Shown: piece by piece, positions 28,733 to 38,360 of the stretch
How the letters are laid out: every line of letters begins with the position of its first letter
Numbering within the stretch: the stretch's first letter is position 1
Assembly: GCA_040390045.1 (NCBI GenBank)
Contig: JAZJZC010000004.1
Location: 579-64,578 of the forward strand
Reading direction: 5' to 3'
Source of the DNA: Patescibacteria group bacterium
GTDB taxonomy: Bacteria; Patescibacteriota; Minisyncoccia; Phycocordibacterales; SIBU01
DNA: 64,000 bases
Notes under the pieces: generated by a model
What the model saw: only the letters and a program-made list of their open reading frames with translations
What the model was told of the DNA's origin: nothing
Database searches by the model: none
Made by a program: the position numbers and the translations under genes

Positions 28733-28760
28733 ACGCGCATATGGTGCGCGTTTTGGGCTT
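28733..28760 (+). terminator. hairpin acgcgca-tatgg-tgcgcgt + TTTT after tRNA-Arg
   Basis: Stem plus T-run. Confidence 0.6.
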
Positions 28761-28773
28761 TTGAAAAAATCAA

Positions 28774-29313
28774 TTAATTGAAGAACGTGTGACTTACAGA
28801 AAGGAGGAGGATTAAAAGTGCATCCACACCTACCCCAGACAGAGCACCAAAGAAACAAGCCTCAAGGATATTCCACCAATCCCGTTCAATTTTCCACTCC
28901 ACTTCTCCGTTTCCGAGATATACAGATTCAAGGATACGGGGACGTATAAGATTGTCCGTAAGTCTCATACGGTAACTCTCGCCGGCTTCGTAGGCATGCA
29001 GAATAATTTTGCCGTGGATTGAGGCATGGCGGATATGTTTTTGCCCAATGCTGATGAGATGGAACTCGTTGACCAAAGCATCCTTGTAGGTCTCAGGCGG
29101 CATCTCCACGTGATATCCGTCTGCCGGCAAGCTCTTATCAAACTCGCGAGAATCTGTAAATATTTGGCAATGTGCAGGCAGCCAAAATTTTCCCCGAATA
29201 ATACCCTTGCCGCCGACGGTGAAGCTGTACCAACCTAGCCCACCCGAAAAGATTAAGGGGAGGGCAACAAATACCCAAAAGGCGATGAGCCAAGCTCTTT
29301 CTAATTTCTTCAT
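28774..29313 (-). CDS. hypothetical membrane protein
   Basis: 179 aa with N- and C-terminal TM helices. Confidence 0.45.
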   Translation of the reverse strand: MKKLERAWLIAFWVFVALPLIFSGGLGWYSFTVGGKGIIRGKFWLPAHCQIFTDSREFDKSLPADGYHVEMPPETYKDALVNEFHLISIGQKHIRHASIHGKIILHAYEAGESYRMRLTDNLIRPRILESVYLGNGEVEWKIERDWWNILEACFFGALSGVGVDALLILLLSVSHTFFN

Positions 29314-29343
29314 AACAGGTTCCTTTTTGAAACGATCAAGCGA

Positions 29344-29748
29344 TTGATGCGGTGTGTATCTGTCGTAAAACTAGCACCATTGTCTATGCATGTAAACAGG
29401 GAAGGGACCTTCTTTGTTACAGCAATTTCCCTTTTTGAGAAGTTTTGCTATACTTTCGAAGTGACGCCAGAAGAAAAAAAGCTTTTAGAGCGGGTAGCTG
29501 TATTAAGCGAAGAGAATAACCAAATTCTCAGGGGAATTCGACGGAGTAATCGCTGGGGCACAGCGATTAAGATCTTTTACTGGGTAGTCATTTTGGCGAT
29601 ATCATTTGGAACATATATTTATATTCAACCGTACGTTCAAGGGGTATTTAATGCCTACAAAAACGTCAGCGGAAAGGTTGAAAAGGTTTCTACGGTTGGA
29701 GATCAGATTTCCTCTGTGGAGAATTTTTTCAAAAGTTTTTCTAACTAG
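29344..29748 (+). CDS. hypothetical protein
   Basis: 134 aa with one TM segment. The start is uncertain. Confidence 0.35.
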   Translation: MMRCVSVVKLAPLSMHVNREGTFFVTAISLFEKFCYTFEVTPEEKKLLERVAVLSEENNQILRGIRRSNRWGTAIKIFYWVVILAISFGTYIYIQPYVQGVFNAYKNVSGKVEKVSTVGDQISSVENFFKSFSN

Positions 29749-29766
29749 TTTTAATTTTTTAGTGAT

Positions 29767-29839
29767 GCTTGGGTAGCTCAGTTGGTAGAGCATTCCCCTG
29801 AAGAGGGAAGGGTCACCAGTTCGAATCTGGTCCCAAGCA
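29767..29839 (+). tRNA. tRNA-Phe (anticodon GAA)
   Basis: Acceptor GCTTGGG/CCCAAGC, D-arm GCTCAGTTGGTAGAGC, anticodon stem TTCCC/GGGAA with loop CTGAAGA, T-arm ACCAG-TTCGAAT-CTGGT. Confidence 0.85.
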
Positions 29840-29868
29840 CAAATGAGCGGAGCGAATTGGCTTGGGAA

Positions 29869-30092
29869 GCACGAGAATAATTTCTCGTGAGTCCAGATTC
29901 GAACGCCGGAACGATGCCGAGCCAGCAGGCGAGGCCGTGAGGCGGTGGCCAGAAAAATTTTTTTGGCGAAAAAAATTTATTCGCGGCCGAATCTGTTCCT
30001 ATTTTCTCACCAGAAGAAACTGGCGAGCTGGTGGGCAGACCGGGGTGAGTGACGACGAACCTTGAGTCGCGCCCGAATCTGTCCCGCCCAAG
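29869..30092. repeat. tRNA-3'-associated element, copy E2 (cognate tRNA-Phe)
   Basis: Begins with gcttggga[hairpin]ccagattcgaac, the reverse complement of the tRNA-Phe 3' end with a hairpin inserted. Ends gcccgaatctgtcccgcccaag (direct copy-like). Contains the shared core gagctggtgggcagacc...gagtcgcgcccgaatc. Confidence 0.6.
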
Positions 30093-30513
30093 TAGTATTT
30101 CCTTGATTGTTCAGCTACAATTCATCAAGACCCCAGTGTCTGGAAAGGAGGTGTTCTTACTCAGTTTTATATTATGATTAAATTAAATAAAGCGTAAAAA
30201 GCCCCGCGGGCGGTCGACATGGGTTAATTCCCAGAGTCTTCTTCGGGATTGCGTTCACGCCTTAAATGAATTAAGTAGATGTCATGCCTGTTGCTTACTG
30301 CTTTGGCTCTTTGGCGTTAGGAATATGCTGTTGTACCCTACCGAAGGATGCTATGCCACGCTACCTTTGAGGATTAACGCTCCTCGTAAAAAAGGCAAAC
30401 AATAGAGAAGGAAACTTCTGGGCTTTCGAGTCAGCCCCAGGTGAAGGGAGCATATCTGCATCCCAACTCGAATCGAAGGGACGGCAAGACAAGTCTTGCC
30501 GTCCCTATACATT

Positions 30514-31164
30514 TTAAAATAGTTTCGCCTGATCCGGTTTTCCGGATTTTTTAATAGCAGAGGAAGAAGTTTCATTTTTGGCGGCGGCCGTTCCGGCCGC
30601 CGCATCTATGCTCACCTCGTTTCCAAGCAGCGAAGGCAATTTCTTAAAATCAGCTTTCAAGTCGTCCATAACCCCTGCTGCTCGAAGCGCTGCCGCAGGA
30701 TGAAAAAGCGGATAAATTTTTTTATTTTCAACCTCAAATATTTTACCGTGATCTCGTGTGATTTTAGCCAACGGCAAAAAATAATTCATCGAAAATCGTC
30801 CGAGTGTGGCGATTACTTTCGGATTGATAATTTCGATTTGTTTGGCCAAAAACGGCTTGTACGCCTCGATTTCCTCGGGAAGCGGGTCACGATTTTCTGG
30901 AGGCCGCCTTTTCACAATATTGGTGATATAGACGTCGGATCGCTTCCACTTGATACTTCCCAACATGTCATCGAGAAGCTTGCCTGAGCGCCCCACAAAG
31001 GGCCTTTTAAGCTGGTCCTCAGTAAATCCCGGAGCTTCGCCGATAAACATTACCTGGCAATCAATGTTGCCTTCGCCAAATACCAGATTGGCAGTTTTTT
31101 TCAACAGCAAATCAGCAATGACTAATTCTTTTTCCAGCTCCTGCAGTCTCTGTTTTTTATCCAT
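30514..31164 (-). CDS. uracil-DNA glycosylase, family 4
   Basis: Family 4 UDG motifs (GEGNIDCQVMFIGEAPG...RPFVGRSGKLL...HPAAALR). Confidence 0.75.
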   Translation of the reverse strand: MDKKQRLQELEKELVIADLLLKKTANLVFGEGNIDCQVMFIGEAPGFTEDQLKRPFVGRSGKLLDDMLGSIKWKRSDVYITNIVKRRPPENRDPLPEEIEAYKPFLAKQIEIINPKVIATLGRFSMNYFLPLAKITRDHGKIFEVENKKIYPLFHPAAALRAAGVMDDLKADFKKLPSLLGNEVSIDAAAGTAAAKNETSSSAIKKSGKPDQAKLF

Positions 31165-31199
31165 AAAGCTTGAAGCTATCAGCTTACAGCTTTAAGCTT

Positions 31200-31673
31200 T
31201 TAATTAGATTTTACTTTGAGTTTAGTTTTTCGTCCCTTGTCGATTTTAGGCAATCGAATGAAAAGTAATCCATGTTTTTCGCTGGCCTCTGAAGTTTCTA
31301 CATCAATTTCCTGTGGCAAAAGAATGGTTCTCGAAAATGAACCCCAATAGAGCTCTTTGGTAAAATAATCATCTTCCTTGACTTCTCTCGACTCCTCACG
31401 CGTTCCCTTTATTGAAACCATGTCGCGGTTGATTGAAATATCGAGATCTTCCGGTTTTACGCCAGCCACCATAGCCTTGATAATAATATCGTCAGGTCCT
31501 TGATAGACGTCGACGGTCAGTTGTCCTTCTTCTTGCTCATCTTCAAGCCACATTTCTTTCTCAGGTTTTTTTATTTTTTGGTGGGTTGGGGTGATTTCGA
31601 CAGCTTCTTCCCGGTCATCCATGTGCATTGAACCCGTAAGTCTTTCAAAAAATGATTTTTTTTCTTTTGGCAT
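31200..31673 (-). CDS. Hsp20/alpha-crystallin family small heat shock protein
   Basis: ACD pattern (VDVYQGPDDIIIKAMVAGVKPEDLDISI...GLLFIRLPK). Confidence 0.7.
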   Translation of the reverse strand: MPKEKKSFFERLTGSMHMDDREEAVEITPTHQKIKKPEKEMWLEDEQEEGQLTVDVYQGPDDIIIKAMVAGVKPEDLDISINRDMVSIKGTREESREVKEDDYFTKELYWGSFSRTILLPQEIDVETSEASEKHGLLFIRLPKIDKGRKTKLKVKSN

Positions 31674-31727
31674 AATAACAATAACGTGCGATTATTTGTA
31701 ACTTTTTTATTTTAAAATTTTGATCCG

Positions 31728-32420
31728 CTAGCGTTTCTTAATTTGTTTAACCTTCTCAAATCCCGCTATCAGGAAAAGTATGGCAACCCAAACCAATGCG
31801 AATATCGCGAAAATGCTGGTACCCTGACTTTTCATTATATAGAGATTGAAAGTGGTGTGCAATAGGACAGCAATTGCGAGTCCGGCGAAGAAGCAGAGTT
31901 GCTTGTTGAGAAGACTTTTTTTAAATGTTTCAGCAATAAAAAATCCTAATATTCCAGAAGCGAGGACGTGCAGTAGTGAGGCGCCGATGAATCGTAAATT
32001 TCCTGTGACGAAACTTGAGCCCATGCCTCCATCTGTGATTGCCGATATCAAAAATAAAGTATTTTCCATGGCGGCAAAACCAAGCGCGGCGGTGACCATA
32101 TATATGATGGCATCAACAGGTTCATCATATTCTTTTGTTTCCAAAGCAGAAAAGTAGGCGGCACCCCATTTAAAAGTTTCTTCAATCGTCGCCCATAAAA
32201 ATACCATCAAAAAAACCTGCGATGCAAAGTGGGATTCAATAATTTGCTCAAGTGGCAATACAAGTGGTACCGCAACCATTCCGGCAAGAAACGTGCCAAT
32301 AATCATACCTCTGGGCTCAGGGTGTGCTCTGTCTTCGTGAAGCCAAAACCACAGCCATAGTAATGCTGGGAGAAATCCTCCCGAAAGAGCGAAGAAGATT
32401 GTTTGTGGTGTAGGGATCAT
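31728..32420 (-). CDS. PrsW-like intramembrane metalloprotease family protein
   Basis: Polytopic membrane protein with EExxK-type and FxxxH motifs typical of PrsW (ATIEETFKWGAAYF; LHVLASG). Confidence 0.5.
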   Translation of the reverse strand: MIPTPQTIFFALSGGFLPALLWLWFWLHEDRAHPEPRGMIIGTFLAGMVAVPLVLPLEQIIESHFASQVFLMVFLWATIEETFKWGAAYFSALETKEYDEPVDAIIYMVTAALGFAAMENTLFLISAITDGGMGSSFVTGNLRFIGASLLHVLASGILGFFIAETFKKSLLNKQLCFFAGLAIAVLLHTTFNLYIMKSQGTSIFAIFALVWVAILFLIAGFEKVKQIKKR

Positions 32421-32504
32421 GGTGAGAGAAGTAAATTAGATGGTGGTAGGTAGTATGGTAGAGAAAGCATATTTAAATTTTGTCTACCGACTAATTACTA
32501 CATA

Positions 32505-34673
32505 CTAGTTACTGTTTGTGGCTGGCCATTGCTCGACAATAAGCAGATTTTTCTTTCCGAGCGGCATATCCTTCCAAATTTCTTCAGTCACAAACGGCAT
32601 GAAGGGATGCAGTACGATCAAAGTTTTTTTGAGGGTGTGGAGCAGGAATTGTTGCCGAGACATTTTTTCTTCCGGAGAATCGTTCAGCAAAATTTCCTTA
32701 CTCTCCTCTATAATTTTATCAGCAAACTCGTGCCAAATATAGTGGTATAACTTTTCCACAGCCAAGTAGAAACGGAATTCATCCATGTCTTTGGTTATAT
32801 CCACGATCAATTCGTGGCGGATTTTTCTTAATTCTGCGTCTTTAGGTGAATATTTTTCAAAACTGGTCTCATAAGTAACTCCCTGGGTATTTTCCAATAT
32901 AAAACGAGCCATGTTCCAAATTTTATTGGAGAAATTTTTGTAGCCGCGAATTTTATCTTCAGAAAGCGAAAGGGAAGTCCCTGGGGTATTTCCGGCAACG
33001 AGACCGATGCGTAGCGCGTCAGTACCAAATTTTTCGATTAAGCCCAAGGGGTTGATAACATTTCCCTTGCTCTTGCTCATCTTCTGACCCTTAGCATCGT
33101 TGACCAGGCCGTGCAGATACACGGTGTGAAAGGGTAGCTCGTTCGCGAGATATAAACCAAAAATAACCATTCTTGGTATCCATTTAAAAATAAGATCGGA
33201 TCCGCTCTCCATAACATCTGTCGGATAAAACTTTTTAAAATCTTTACCATCAGGAAATCCAAGAGTAACGAGTGGCCACTGTCCTGAAGAAAACCAAGTA
33301 TCAAAAGTGTCAGTGTCCTCTCGCACAGAGCCGGCGCACTTTGTACATTTTTGTATCGAATTATCCAAATCAGCCATGCCGTGTCCACAGTTGGTACAAA
33401 TTTTGGCTGGGATTTTAATACCCCAAACAATTTGGCGGGAGATATTCCAGTCAATGGTGTTGTTCATCCAGTACAGGAAAATTTTTCGGTAATTGTCAGG
33501 GACAAAGGTAATTTTTTTCGCTTCAACTGCTTCGGCCGCTTTTTGTGCAAGCGGTTTCATTTTAACAAACCACTGAGGTGAAATCTGTGGCTCAATGGCT
33601 GTCTCACATTTGTAGCACACGGGCACATTGTGTACATAATTTTCATCTACCTTTACCAAAAGCCCCTTTGATTTTAACTTTTCAACAATTTTTGGACGAG
33701 CTTCGGCAATTTTCATTCCAGCAAATTCTCCCGCGATTGGCAAAAGTTTTCCACGCAAATCAATGACTTGTTCCTTCGGAAGATTATGTCGTTCAGCAAT
33801 TTCAAAGTCGATGGCGGTGTGCCATGGTGTGATAGTCATGACGCCAGAACCCATTTCCATGTCTATGGCTTTGTCTTTGATAACCGTAGCAGTAATTGGG
33901 CCGTTGATCCACTCAAGTTCAAAAGTTTGGCCATGCGAATACTTGGCATATCGCGCATCATCGGGATGCATCACAACATACTTATCTCCAAATTTTGTTT
34001 CGGGACGAGTGGTACCAATCACGAAAGGCCCGTATTGAAAATAATAAAATGGATCTTTTCGTTCTTTGTTTTCTGTCTCTACATCGGAGAGGGAAGTTGC
34101 ATGTTTGGAACACCAGTTTACGATTCGTTCTCCACGATAAATCAAACCATCGTCGTACATTTTCTTAAAAGTTTGGTGAACAGTTTTGATTACATCGGGA
34201 TCAAGGGTAAATTTTTCTCGTGACCAATCACACGATGCACCCATGCTTCGTATTTGTGATTTTATATTTTTTGAATTCTCGACGGTGAAAGCCAAGATTT
34301 CTTTGTACAACTCAGCCGGATCCATGCCGAAACGCGATCTGCCTTCTTTTTCAAGTTGTTTTTCATACACAACTTGTGTTTCAAAACCGGCATGATCAAG
34401 TCCGGGAAGCCAAAGCGCTTTGTACCCTGACATTCTTTTATATCGTGTCATAATGTCCTCGATGGTCATTACGAGAGCATGGCCGGCATGGAGGTTACCG
34501 TTGGCGTTGGCTGGCGGCATGATGATGGTAAAGCTTTTAGCTGAGAGCTTAGAGCTGTTAGCTTTTGGGAGATTGTCAGGATTAAAAAAACCACTATCCT
34601 CCCAGGTTTTATAGGTACGAGATTCCACTTCAAGTGGGTTGTAGGGTTTTAGGAATTTTTCGGGAATGGACAT
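32505..34673 (-). CDS. valS: valine--tRNA ligase (compact form)
   Basis: Class I HIGH (PPANANGNLHAGH) and KMSKS (KMSKSKGNVINP). WLPGLDHAGFETQV matches the ValRS WxPGxDHAGIATQ. Only 722 aa. Confidence 0.7.
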   Translation of the reverse strand: MSIPEKFLKPYNPLEVESRTYKTWEDSGFFNPDNLPKANSSKLSAKSFTIIMPPANANGNLHAGHALVMTIEDIMTRYKRMSGYKALWLPGLDHAGFETQVVYEKQLEKEGRSRFGMDPAELYKEILAFTVENSKNIKSQIRSMGASCDWSREKFTLDPDVIKTVHQTFKKMYDDGLIYRGERIVNWCSKHATSLSDVETENKERKDPFYYFQYGPFVIGTTRPETKFGDKYVVMHPDDARYAKYSHGQTFELEWINGPITATVIKDKAIDMEMGSGVMTITPWHTAIDFEIAERHNLPKEQVIDLRGKLLPIAGEFAGMKIAEARPKIVEKLKSKGLLVKVDENYVHNVPVCYKCETAIEPQISPQWFVKMKPLAQKAAEAVEAKKITFVPDNYRKIFLYWMNNTIDWNISRQIVWGIKIPAKICTNCGHGMADLDNSIQKCTKCAGSVREDTDTFDTWFSSGQWPLVTLGFPDGKDFKKFYPTDVMESGSDLIFKWIPRMVIFGLYLANELPFHTVYLHGLVNDAKGQKMSKSKGNVINPLGLIEKFGTDALRIGLVAGNTPGTSLSLSEDKIRGYKNFSNKIWNMARFILENTQGVTYETSFEKYSPKDAELRKIRHELIVDITKDMDEFRFYLAVEKLYHYIWHEFADKIIEESKEILLNDSPEEKMSRQQFLLHTLKKTLIVLHPFMPFVTEEIWKDMPLGKKNLLIVEQWPATNSN

Positions 34674-34967
34674 GGGGAAATCATACCAAAAATGGAGTCG
34701 TTCGGGTAGTTCTCTTCACTAAAGCGCTCCGCACTCTCAAAAATCAAGAAAATTTCTTAACGGAAAATGAAAAACTCACCCCTCGAAGCTCTGGGTTCAA
34801 ACAATTTCATTTTCCTAAAATTTTCTGATTTTTTACGATTGCTACGCTAACTCGTTCAGAGAACCACCCTCACTAAAATATTCCGATAAGAATCGTCATA
34901 GAAAAAGAAGCTAAGCCTGACTTTTTTTGAGTGGCGACACGTCCGGTTATCCGCTATAATTATTCTC

Positions 34968-35501
34968 ATGAAGAGCTTCAGCCTCAAATTTTTGGACATT
35001 ATGATTGGTATTGTTTTGGGACTCGGCTTTCAATGGTGGCCGTCGCTTAAAGAGCCCTGGCAATTTTTGGCGTTTGTGTTCGTATATTTGGACGTCGTTG
35101 ATTACTGGATTGACTACGGCCCTTCGCTTAAAAAGTTTCCACCCAAACGAGAAATTGATGTCATGCTTGATGTTGCCATCATGTTTTCTTTGTTTTTGTA
35201 CATCTACGCAACCCAATTAACCCCGGTTCATTTTTTCGCGTCGTTCGTAGTGTTTCGAGTTCTCGATTTCTTCTGGCTTTTAAGTTCTAAGTATGAATAT
35301 CATCCTACAGGTACAGACAAATCATTTATTGATAGTTGGTTGACCTTCAACCTTGTGGAAAGTTTTGTGGCGGTAACTTTAATTGCACTTACAACTTTCA
35401 CCGAATTATCTTCTTTGGTTTTAATTTCCACTTTTATAGTTTTTCGAATTTTTATTCGAGTTATTGCGACATGGCGTTACAAAAAAGTTCATTTTACTTA
35501 A
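34968..35501 (+). CDS. hypothetical membrane protein
   Basis: 177 aa with 4-5 TM helices. Confidence 0.45.
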   Translation: MKSFSLKFLDIMIGIVLGLGFQWWPSLKEPWQFLAFVFVYLDVVDYWIDYGPSLKKFPPKREIDVMLDVAIMFSLFLYIYATQLTPVHFFASFVVFRVLDFFWLLSSKYEYHPTGTDKSFIDSWLTFNLVESFVAVTLIALTTFTELSSLVLISTFIVFRIFIRVIATWRYKKVHFT

Positions 35502-36697
35502 ACTGTTGGCGTTGAAGGAAAGCTTAAATTTCCATTTGCCTTAATATCCAAAAGTCCTGTAGTTTCAGTGACCGACTTTGTTCGATTAAAATATCCCGCG
35601 ATAGCGATCATCAAAGCGTTGTCGGTTGAGTGAGAAATTTCGGGTAGGTGAAGCGTAACATTTTTTTCAATGGTTAATTTTTGAAAAGAGGAGCGGATAT
35701 TTTTGTTTGCCACAACGCCGCCGCCCAAAATCAAGGTTTCAATGCCATACAGATCGATAGCTTTTCTGACTTTTTCAATAACCACTTCTGTCGCCGCATC
35801 TTCAAATTCCCTGGCAATGGCCATTTTATTATCCTCAGAAAGTGGCTGAGGTAATTTTTGAGTTAAGTACAAAACAGCGGTTTTTAATCCCGAAAAGGAA
35901 AAATCTAGGTTGTCGCTTTTCAACATTGGTCTCGGAAGAGAGAAGCTGTCAGCTGTCAGCTGTTGGCTTCTAGCTTTTTCTGCCAAAGCGGAAATCTGTG
36001 GCCCGCCCGGATAGGGAAGTCCTAAAATTCGAGCCACTTTATCAAAGGCTTCACCGATAGCGTCGTCGCGTGTTCGGCCAACGATTTCGTAATTCAGCCA
36101 ATCCCTTACTAAAACTAATTCCGTGTGTCCTCCGCTTATAAGCAAGGCAAGCGCGGGCAAGCTTAAAGCTTTAAGCTGATAGCTGTTAGCTTGCACATCT
36201 TGATTTCTTTGCTGCAAAGAAATCAAGATGTGCCCCTCCATATGATTCGTGGCAACCACAGGAATATCCCACGCCACAGAAAGCGCTTTAGCAAAATTTA
36301 CTCCTACCCAAAGCGCTGGTTCAAGTCCCGGGCCGTACGTAACAGCAATCAAATCAATTGCTGGTTTTTTGGCTGTTGGAAGAAAATCTAAAAGTTGTTT
36401 TAATAATTCCGGTTCGCGATCTAAAACAGTTGCAAGTGAATCTAGTTTTGAGTTTGTTTCTCCTGAATCAGAAAAACCCGATTCTTCCAAAACTTTTTTT
36501 AGTAACGGAGTCAGGTTTTTTCCGTGCTCTCGTTTCGCAACCATCGGGAAAACACCACCATACTGAGTGTGGATGGCAATTTGTGACAGCACTGCATTAG
36601 CCAAAATTTTAATTTGGGTGCCTTGTTCATTTTCCGTAACATCAATAATGCTCAGTGCGGTTTCGTCACAGCTGGTTTCAATACCAAGGATAATCAT
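35498..36697 (-). CDS. tsaD: tRNA N6-adenosine threonylcarbamoyltransferase TsaD (with low-complexity insertions)
   Basis: MIILGIETSCDETA...LALLISGGHTELV...metal-binding motifs. 399 aa against a typical 340 aa. The extra segments coincide with AGCT-rich repeat DNA (35925-35995, 36135-36235). Confidence 0.8.
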   Translation of the reverse strand: MIILGIETSCDETALSIIDVTENEQGTQIKILANAVLSQIAIHTQYGGVFPMVAKREHGKNLTPLLKKVLEESGFSDSGETNSKLDSLATVLDREPELLKQLLDFLPTAKKPAIDLIAVTYGPGLEPALWVGVNFAKALSVAWDIPVVATNHMEGHILISLQQRNQDVQANSYQLKALSLPALALLISGGHTELVLVRDWLNYEIVGRTRDDAIGEAFDKVARILGLPYPGGPQISALAEKARSQQLTADSFSLPRPMLKSDNLDFSFSGLKTAVLYLTQKLPQPLSEDNKMAIAREFEDAATEVVIEKVRKAIDLYGIETLILGGGVVANKNIRSSFQKLTIEKNVTLHLPEISHSTDNALMIAIAGYFNRTKSVTETTGLLDIKANGNLSFPSTPTV

Positions 36698-36833
36698 AAA
36701 AATTTATTAGGCACGATAAACGTTATGCCAGCACTTCTCGCCCCGTACTGAGAAATTCTGATTTCTCTAGTACTAGGGTCGTCGCAAGAGGTTTCAATAC
36801 CTAAAATTATCATAGACCACACAATAGCAGTTT

Positions 36834-37538
36834 TTAGCTATTTTGAAAGTTTTTAAACAGCGGTCCGTACATATCATCTTTCGGTGGAATTTGTAGTTCT
36901 TTTGGATTAACTTTTTCGCAAAAATCAATTGATGCGCCTGTAATGACTGCAAGTGGTTGTTGCTCTGCGCCTTCACCCATCAAAAATACTGCCGCAGTAG
37001 CTAAACTGTCAGCCACGTTGGTTTGAGAAAAAATAAATTTTCGGCCGAAGATGTCTGACTTGCCTCGGTAGTCTTTAGTTCCGTGAAAACCTGCGTACCC
37101 GAGGGCAATTCCAACCACCCCCGCGCGCAAAGGCTGCGTATGACTATCGGTGATTAGAACACCAAGATTTTTGACTTTGTATTGTTTCCGTAATTTCAGA
37201 CGGAGCGCATCTGCAGACTTGAAACTATTTTTTGGTAGAAGAATAAGTTTGCCCCTTGCATTTGATTCATCAATTCCCGCGTTGGCCATGAGGATTCCAT
37301 CCTTGAGTGTCAGCCAAACATGTTTAGTTTTGACCGCAATGCTACTTTCAGAACGAATTAATTTTTCTTTCGCCGTTGAGTTTTTTAGCGTCGTCGTGCG
37401 ACGCTCAGCTAACGCCACAATTTTTGAAGTAACGACAATGACAGATTTTTCCGGAACATGTTTGATATTTTGAGTGACAAAGTTGAAGAGGTCATCACCC
37501 TCACTAAAAACTTTTGTTTTAATTGCTTTGACTATCAT
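36834..37538 (-). CDS. F420-0:gamma-glutamyl ligase (CofE)-like family protein
   Basis: Pattern VIVVTSKIVALAERR...MANAGIDESNA resembles the CofE/F420_ligase domain. Confidence 0.45.
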   Translation of the reverse strand: MIVKAIKTKVFSEGDDLFNFVTQNIKHVPEKSVIVVTSKIVALAERRTTTLKNSTAKEKLIRSESSIAVKTKHVWLTLKDGILMANAGIDESNARGKLILLPKNSFKSADALRLKLRKQYKVKNLGVLITDSHTQPLRAGVVGIALGYAGFHGTKDYRGKSDIFGRKFIFSQTNVADSLATAAVFLMGEGAEQQPLAVITGASIDFCEKVNPKELQIPPKDDMYGPLFKNFQNS

Positions 37539-38190
37539 GTTTTTCTGCGTCGATTGTTTTTTCTTTCAGTAAACGAATTCCAATGTAGGAAAGTGGAGAA
37601 TACAAAGCTCCCATGGCAACTTTGTACAACCACCAGGAAAGAATGATGCTAATGAGTGTTTTGGTTGAATAGACTCCCGCGAAGGCGATGACCATGAAGA
37701 TAGCTGAGTCGAGCAGTTGTGACCAGAGATTTGAAAGAAACGAACGAAGCCAAAAAGATTTGACGCCAAACTTTTCTTGGAAGAAGAAAAATGACAAGAC
37801 GTCTTGATATTCAGCGATTAAGAATGCCACAAGTGACGCGATACTGATTCTCGCGGAAAGACCGAACATCAGGTTATAACCCTCTTTGGCCCACAAGCCC
37901 TCGCTTGACCAGGGCATGGCGAGAGAAATAAAAGAGTAGATAATAAATAGCGCAGTGCTCACAAATCCCGCGAGGACGAAAAATTTAGCGATTTTCTTTC
38001 CGTACACTTCACCAATGACGTCGGTCATCAGAAAGACAACAGGGAAGGAAAATACAGCTACCGATAAATGCGAACCAAAAAGAAATGGCATAATTTTGAG
38101 CCCCAAAGTATTGGCGGCGAAGAGGGAAGTAAGATAGATGGTGAGTGCGATTATTATTTTTTTGAATGATTGTTCGGTGAGTTGAAGCAT
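37519..38190 (-). CDS. queuosine precursor transporter (YhhQ/DUF165 family)
   Basis: Hallmark MTDVIGEVYGKK and 6 TM helices. Confidence 0.65.
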   Translation of the reverse strand: MLQLTEQSFKKIIIALTIYLTSLFAANTLGLKIMPFLFGSHLSVAVFSFPVVFLMTDVIGEVYGKKIAKFFVLAGFVSTALFIIYSFISLAMPWSSEGLWAKEGYNLMFGLSARISIASLVAFLIAEYQDVLSFFFFQEKFGVKSFWLRSFLSNLWSQLLDSAIFMVIAFAGVYSTKTLISIILSWWLYKVAMGALYSPLSYIGIRLLKEKTIDAEKHDSQSN

Positions 38191-38360
38191 GGGGAAGGGG
38201 TTAGGTTATAGGGAGGAGAAGGGGTTAGTAAAAAACAAATGCAGTTTTACTGAAAGCTCGACCATGTTTGGATTTGTTTGTTGTTTAACATGATGTTGAA
38301 AATAAGTTTCAATCGTAGCACGCCTCAAATTCACTTTCAATTATTTGCAAGAAAAAACCA

